From Chiloscyllium plagiosum (lineage: Eukaryota): a DNA stretch of 44,088 nucleotides. Shown piece by piece: positions 37,321 to 44,088 of this stretch (its first letter is position 1; every line of letters starts with the position of its first letter). Location of the stretch: NCBI RefSeq assembly GCF_004010195.1, contig NC_057719.1, positions 70,107,893 to 70,151,980 on the forward strand, in the 5' to 3' direction. The notes below the pieces were generated by a model. The model was not told the origin of the DNA. It ran no database searches and saw only the letters and a list, made by a program, of their open reading frames with translations. The translations under genes and the position numbers were made by a program.

Positions 37321-38139
37321 TCATTCGCAATTGGTATAGCCTCAGTTCTCATCAACAGCTTACAAGAATAAATATGCCACCTCATGAAGATGCCTCCTGA
37401 AAGAAGATCAAAAAATGCAGGAAAATCACAGGGAAAATAGATTTAGAACAGATAATGGAACTAACAGTTGTGAAGTAATAATTATAAAGTAACTTCCTTC
37501 TTTACTAGAATTTCTATGATTCTAAATTAAGTCTCAAATATGGCTTCTGAAAAAGAACATGTTAGAACAAGATTAAAAGAAGCCCAAGTGGGCATATTGT
37601 CCAGAATAACTAATTGGTCAAATTTTCTCTGTGCTTGCTGGCATATGAGTTAATATTTTAAAAAATACAGGAAGACAGACTTTCATTTTCCTTTCTTATA
37701 AAGCAAGAAGATATTTTCCTCAGTTGTTGCCTTCAAATGGATTTGGCTGACTGCCATATCTTTTTGCTATCGCACAACAATGTTTTCCACTTTTAGAAAC
37801 CAGGGCATTAATTAAACCATTTATGTTTATCTTAACAGCAATGAATAGAAGTCCTAATTGCTTTCTGCATGCATTTTGCCTGCAAGATTGAGTTAGCCTC
37901 ACCAGCATAAAACTGAACCAATGAGTGCTTCTGCAATAATACTCATTCTTCGCCTCTCAAGTGGTTCAACAGTCACTTAACTAGCCAGGTAATTGCCAAG
38001 AATGTTAATTTGGTTTGGTGTAGTGAGAATGAGAGAAATTAAGTAAACATTGAAGCTGCGTGTATGAAGATTTGAGTTTTAAAATGGGGAATTCAAACTT
38101 CATGCTTTATAATAACACAGAAGTGGGAAAAGTTAGCAA

Positions 38140-38980
38140 ACAGGTTTGTAGAAGATGTAAAAGACAGGTCGGTGAGAGAAAACATAACGTGGAGGATAAA
38201 GAAGTATTGGAATTTAAGAGAGTAAAATGAAGTACAGTACTATGACAGTACACTTGATGGTTAGATACTGGAGGTAGATGAACAGAGCTAGGAAACTTAC
38301 ATACACAATTCCCTGAAGCTAATCAGAAGTTTACCAAACTGAGGCCTTTATAGATTACGGCATTAAGTACAAAAGTAATGAAGTAATTAAATACAATACT
38401 GGCTTGGTCACAGTATCACACAACTATGTTCACCTCATTATGGAAAGGATATTAAAGCCATTAAGAACATTCAATGTAAGATTAACTAGGGTGATGCTAG
38501 AATAACTACGCTTATAGAGAAAGATGCAAGATATGGAGACAAGTAGCAGGGAAAGTACTAGAGAAAGTCAAGGGGAGTTTTCTTTGAATAGAGTTTTTTT
38601 TAATTTAAGAGGTTTGACTGAATGATCAGGGAAACATTACTTCCTATAATTAGAATAACTACGCTTATAGAGAAAGATGCAAGATATGGAGACGAGTAGC
38701 AGGGAAAGTACTAGAGAAAGTCAGGGGAGTTTTCTTTGAATAGAGTTTTTTTTAATTTAAAAGGTTTGACTGAATGATCAGGGAAACATTACTTCCTATA
38801 ATTGTAGATCATTTTAAGGATCATGGTAATGACAATCATTTTAAAATGATCACCCAAGCAATTATTGGGCATGGAATACTTCACCACATGGAATAGTTGA
38901 GACAGAGGCCATTGTTTGTTGTTAAGTAAAACATGAACACAAAGTGGAGAACAATGCAAGGCTACAGGAAGAGTGAAGGG
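38140..38980 (+). mobile_element. Very old CR1 3' fragment
   Basis: Weak colinear similarity to CR1 3' regions (cacctcattatggaaaggat, gcttatagagaaaga, catggaatag). Confidence 0.5.
38498..38802. repeat. Near-perfect 152/153-bp tandem duplication
   Basis: 38498-38650 versus 38651-38802: two substitutions and one 1-nt indel by eye. Confidence 0.95.
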
Positions 38981-38982
38981 AG

Positions 38983-39082
38983 GGGTACTTACAGTACAGT
39001 GGTAATGTCCCTATCTTTGGGCCTGGGTTCAAGTTCCACCTGCTCCAGTTGGGTGCCATAACGTGTCTGAGCAGACTGATTA
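38983..39082 (+). mobile_element. Family-B short SINE
   Basis: cagtggtaatgtccct...gggttcaagttccacctgctccag...tctgagcagactgatta. Confidence 0.7.
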
Positions 39083-39316
39083 TAATAACTATAGGAAGAG
39101 TGAGCAGCAGTTGGGAGGATGGGTTACTGAAACTACAAGTTATCATAGGCATCATGAACAAAATGGCCTCTTCTTCTGATGAAAGCTTCAATGGTACAAA
39201 ATGGAATATGTTTTCAGAATGTGGACCCTTATGTGGTGGTGATGATAACCATTTTGTGCATCAATTGCTTGTCGATTATATAATATGGTCAAGAATCACT
39301 GGCTGTGGGAGAATGT

Positions 39317-39428
39317 GCTCTTGTGGCGCAGTGGTAATCTCTCTACCCTGGACCGAGAGACCAGGATTCAAGTCCCACCTGCTCCAGTGGTGTGTAATGA
39401 CATTTCTTAACAGGTTGATTAGTAAAAT
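39317..39428 (+). mobile_element. Family-B short SINE, full length
   Basis: A box TGGCGCAGTGG, B box GATTCAAGTCC, tail aacaggttgattagtaaaat. Confidence 0.75.
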
Positions 39429-39924
39429 AGATTAAATTTTTTTTAAAAATCAAGAACCACTTAGAGCTGGCAATGCCCAATCCTTCCAAAGTATCAAACA
39501 ACACACTAGCATTCACATTCCATTTTTCTAGTGTTCACCTATAATCAACTAGATTTATTAAACTCAATTCCAAAGATACCACACTGAGATTTGATAAAAG
39601 TTATGGTAATGCACTATATCAGCTGAATACAAATTAAAAAAAATAGAAACCATATTTCTTGAGAGACTAACAATAAATTTATGGTGCCAGTAATTAATAA
39701 CAATTCTACAAAAGTCATTCCAAAATTGTTTTGAACAAGCTATATCTCATGCCTGAGCTTAATGCGGTTCATATTCTAAAACTGATCATCATTCAATATG
39801 GGTCATTTCATATATGCAACTCACACTCACTATTTACAGCTCTTTCAAGGACCAATGAAGTCCTCAGAAATACTTCAAAAGACATTATCTTTCATTGTAA
39901 AAGGATGTAAAAATGCCAACACAG

Positions 39925-41098
39925 AAGTGTTTAAATGTCAAAATTATCTGCATTGGTAGCAAAAACAGAAGGGCAGATAATTACCTGAACAGATTGGGAA
40001 ATGAGACCCTGATGTCCTTGTACACCAGTTGCTGAAAGCAAGTATGCAGGGTATAGCAGGCAGTGAAGAAAACAAATGGCCTTTACGGTGAGAGGATTTG
40101 AGTACAGTAATAGGGATATCTTGCTGCAATTTTACAGGGCTGTAGTGAGACCCCACTTGGAATACAGCATGCAATTTTAATCTTCTTATCTAAGGATGGT
40201 TGTTCTGACCGTGAAGGAAGTGCAATGGTGGTTTAGCAAACAGATTCCTGGGAATAGCAGGACTGACATATAAAGAGAAACTGGATTGGTTAAGACTATT
40301 GGAGTTTCGGAGAATGTGGTGGGGGGGGAGATCTCAAAGAAACCTATAAAATTCGAATGGGGTGATCTTATAGAGGTTTATAAAATCATGAGGGGCATGG
40401 ATAGGATAAATAGGCAAAGTCTATTTCCTGCGGTGGGGGAGTCCAGAACTAAAGTACATAGGTTTAGGGTGAGATGGGAAAGATATAAAAGAGGCCTAAG
40501 GGGCAACTTTTTCACAGAGGGTAGTGCGTGTATGGAATGGGCTGCCAGAGGAAATGGTGGAGACTGGTACAATTGCAACATTTAAAAGGCATCTGGATGG
40601 GTATATGAATAGGAAGGGTTTGGAGGGACATAAGCCGGGTGCTGGCAGGTGGGACTAGATTGGGTTGGGATATCTGGTCGGCATGGACGAGTTGAACCAA
40701 AGGCTCTGATTCCGTGCTGTACATCTCTATGATTCTATGAATTGTCAGAGTAAATACAGGAAGGATGTTTCTGGTGACCAGAACTCGTCCAGAAAAAGCG
40801 GTCACAATCTATGAATGGGGTAGTCCATTTGTGATTGAGATGAGGAGAAATTTCTACACCCAAAGAATGGTAAGACCGTGGAATTTTCTGGCACAGGAAG
40901 TGGTTGAGGCCAAAATACTGAAGAAGGAGAACGAGAAGGAGTTCCAAAAAGGAGATAGATACAGTTCTTAGGGCTAAATGGACCAAAAGGTACAAGAAGA
41001 AAGTGAAAACAGGTAATGAATTGGACGATCATACTGAAGAGCAAAGCAGGCTCCAAGGGTCGAATGACCTACTCCAGCGCCTACTTTCTACGTTTCTA
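39925..41098 (+). mobile_element. CR1 3' part with a nested younger CR1 3' end (40357-40740)
   Basis: Outer copy is colinear with 19700-20505; inner copy GDLIEVYKIMRGMDRINRQSLFP ends in ctctatgattctatga. Confidence 0.9.
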
Positions 41099-42609
41099 TC
41101 ATTGCCCTCTCTTTTACATTCCCATCATGAGTTTGCAACTCAACAGCAAACAAATAATCCACTCAGAACAGTGAATCCAATATTGTGGCAACTCATCCAA
41201 TTCTTACGTGCAGCTGCCTTTTATCCATTAATACATCTAATTTGTTTTATTTCATTACTATAGATTTGCTCCAAAAGCAATCAGTGAAAAAATAACCCAA
41301 TCACACTTTTTGCTATGTACCACATGGAGGCTGCTGAGAATATCAGAAATTTATTTAAAGGTCATTGCCAGCAAACTGAAATATCCCTCCTTCAAATCAG
41401 TGCAATGTAAAACTCATTGTTACTGACGAGACAAAATTGCATCTCACACAAGTCCTCTGAGTCGGTTTAATTCCTTCAAGATCTTCAAAAGTTTCATGTT
41501 AAAATAGCCACCATTCTGGGGAAACCAGAACATGTTAAGGGATATGCCTATTATCTAGAATTCACACAGGTATTCCAGAAGAAAGTGAAGATTGCAAAAT
41601 TCAATGTTGATACAATGCAGGGAAACAATAAGCTGAAGAGCTCAGAAAGCTAGGGGGTTTTGTTTTAAGAGTTGATCCAAATGGGAAAAGAAAGTCAGAG
41701 GTTAAGTTTATTATTGAATTTTACTGTGAGCTGAATTTTCCATTTTGTATTTGAAGTATGGTGTTGAGTGCATTGGATATCCGCCATTGCCAAGGGCGAG
41801 TTACTTCAGGCAATGATGCGCTTTTCAGTTTATTATCTGTGCAAGTGGGTGTTTTGCAGATGAAAATTAAGTGCACTCCTTCCTTCTTTTATATAATCAT
41901 TTTACTAAGCGAAGAATACCACACTAGTAGGAGAGAATGCCACATAGTTGCCAGATGCAATGTTTCTTTGGCAAGTGAAATTCTTGAATTAAACTGGTTT
42001 AATAGGAGAGTTTGACCTAGATGAGTGGAATCTGTGTTCTTCTTATTGGCAGCAGTACACGAGAAACCAATGGCAACACAGAAAATAAACACTGTGCTCT
42101 GTCTTCACATTCATCCAAGAAGAACAAACACATTGCTCTGTATAAGCTTTTCTGCAGCTAAACTAATTCCTTCTCTTCTCCTCTGCAGGCGTTTATAGTT
42201 CCCAGGACTCCATGCGGTGTGAAAGGAGCCTGAGCTCCTCTGTACCATTACCACTCTGAAGAAAGCTGTGACCCCCTCGAAAGATACACCAGCAAACTAT
42301 TCAACTGCATTGTCCACTAGCACTGAGATGGTCACCTCAGTGGGTACATTAACTTGAATATACTCAGAGTCACAATCTGGTGAGCACATCGCTGATACAT
42401 CAATGCAGCCAGTACAGGCTTCACTTTGAGGATATGTGAGGATATGACAACTGTGCGACTTGGCCAATGGGGAAGATGAGGAATTGAGTGAATGTGCCTT
42501 GGTCCATCGACTCTCATTGGCCTCAGGTGATCAGAAGAGTGCAATCCGGCACAATCTATCATTTCCTTAATGGGAGCACATCAGAATTGAATGGTATGAA
42601 GGAAAAGTT

Positions 42610-42724
42610 ATTCTTAAATCAACCTCTTCTGACATATTACGGTACGCCTCCACAACAAATGAGATTTGAACAAAGACCTTCCGGCCCAGAAGTAATGACA
42701 CCACCCACTGCACCACAAGATCCT
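42610..42724 (-). mobile_element. Family-B short SINE
   Basis: Reverse complement ggatcttgtggtgcagtgg...ttcaaatctc...gaggttgattt. Confidence 0.65.
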
Positions 42725-42734
42725 TATTGGTGAT

Positions 42735-42990
42735 ATGTCTGTCTTTGCCTCCTGCCAAAAATGGGCAAGTTCACTTTTCCCACGCTATACTCTATCAATT
42801 TTTTTCCCACTCACTGGACTTATCTTTGCCCACCTCTTCTTAACTCATTGTTCTATCTATTTTACCGATATGTGCTAAATATCAGCATATTTTCCTTCCA
42901 GACATCCGGTTTCTACATTCAAGTCTTTGTTACAGATTGTACATAGTTGAGACCTCAACACATATTCCTGTGGAACTCCAGTAGTTTGCT
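42735..42990 (-). mobile_element. Old CR1 RT fragment
   Basis: Minus strand TTGVPQEYVLRSQLCTI (GVPQGSVLGP-like) followed by KYADI. Confidence 0.55.
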
Positions 42991-43487
42991 CCAAACTTCT
43001 TAAGGCAAAGCAAAAGGAGTTGAATACAGAAACTTCATTTCAAGTGCACCAGACACATGTATTTGTTTTCTTTACAAATGCACACTGGGACAAGTAATGT
43101 ATGTATAATAGATGTAACAAGAAAATGTCAATATTCTTCAATAATGCTACAACAAACTTTTATCATGGTCATAGGCTCATAAATGCATTCAGAACTTTGC
43201 TTTATGACAATCTCAAACCAACATTCATCCTTTCTTACGGGAGTCATTTTTTGTACATTAGTGTTGGTCATTCCAATAACTATTAAATACTTTGATGTTA
43301 ACTGGAAATCCAGATATGGCTAATTGCAGTTTTGCTAAGGAATAAAACAAAAATCTCCTTTTGAGTACTGAATATCTTTTGGAACTTGCACGATCGATTA
43401 TTCCTGAAAATGATTTTTCTTGGGCATGTGACCTCAGGACGCTTTTTCACAGTGAATGTGTATTAATTGTTTTGCATTTAGAGTCTT

Positions 43488-43927
43488 AGAGTCAAGAAAT
43501 TGAGGGTTTGGTTAAGAAAAAGAAGGAAGCATATGTTAGGTACAGACAGGATAGATCGAGTGAATCCTTAGAAGAGTATAAAGAAAGTAGGAGTATACTT
43601 AAGAGAGAAATCAGGACGGCAAAACGGGGACATGAGATAGCTTTGGCAAATAGAATTAAGGAGGATCCAAAGGGTTTTACAAATATATTAAGGACAAAAG
43701 GGTAACTAGGGAGAGAATAGGGCCCCTCAAAGATCAGCAAGGCGGCCTTTGTGTGGAGCCACAGAGAATGGGGGAGATACTAAATGAATATTTTGCATCA
43801 GCATTTACTGTGGAAAAGGATATGGAAGATATAGACTGTAGGGAAATAGATGGTGACATCTTGCAAAATGTCCAGATTACAGAGGAGGAAGTGCTGGATG
43901 TCTTGAAACGGTTAAAGGTGGATAAAT
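43488..43927 (+). mobile_element. Relatively young CR1 ORF2 fragment (EN-RT linker), interrupted by HE1
   Basis: ORF 43508-43705 LKREIRTAKRGHEIALANRIKEDPKGF; LNEYFASAFT; EVLDVLKRLKVDK is the same family as 23940-24000. Confidence 0.9.
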
Positions 43928-43929
43928 GT

Positions 43930-44088
43930 GGGCGGCACAGTGGCACAGTGATTAGTACTGCTGCCTCACAGCGCCAGAGACCCGGGTTCAATTCCTGCCT
44001 CAGGCGACTGACTGTGTGGAGTTTGCACGTTCTCCCCGTGTCTGCGTGGGTTTCCTCCGGGTGCTCTGGTTTCCTCCCACAGTCCAAA
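43930..44088 (+). mobile_element. HE1 SINE 5' half (runs off the window)
   Basis: A box TGGCACAGTGA, B box GGTTCAATTCC, V-domain; closely matches 31730-31888. Confidence 0.9.

Noticed and set aside
39175..39192. CTGATGA-AAGCTTC as a hammerhead
   Set aside because: No stem II or separate GAAA and no PLE flanks
1..44088. CRISPR array or prokaryotic defence system
   Set aside because: No regularly spaced repeat-spacer array or operon-like ORFs; the DNA is vertebrate and repeat-rich

Overview
Non-coding, repeat-dense vertebrate DNA, almost certainly from a shark or other elasmobranch (inferred from HE1 SINEs, a Deu-domain SINE and the CR1 and Penelope families present). By eye, roughly half the window is decayed mobile DNA: many CR1-type LINE fragments (several nested), RTE-type LINE fragments, four SINE families, Penelope-like element (PLE) fragments with hammerhead-ribozyme-like termini, and a ~3.8 kb decayed two-gene PIF/Harbinger transposon. 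I see no intact protein-coding gene, rRNA, true tRNA or CRISPR array, and the listed ORFs are TE remnants or chance. A few short splice-site-bounded segments on the minus strand could be host exons, but this is unproven. I cannot support a new biological system here; the best leads are the hammerhead-bearing PLE termini, templated or homology-guided insertion junctions, and an old duplication that preserves a splice-acceptor-like block. Family names come from motif recognition, not database searches, and repeat boundaries are approximate.
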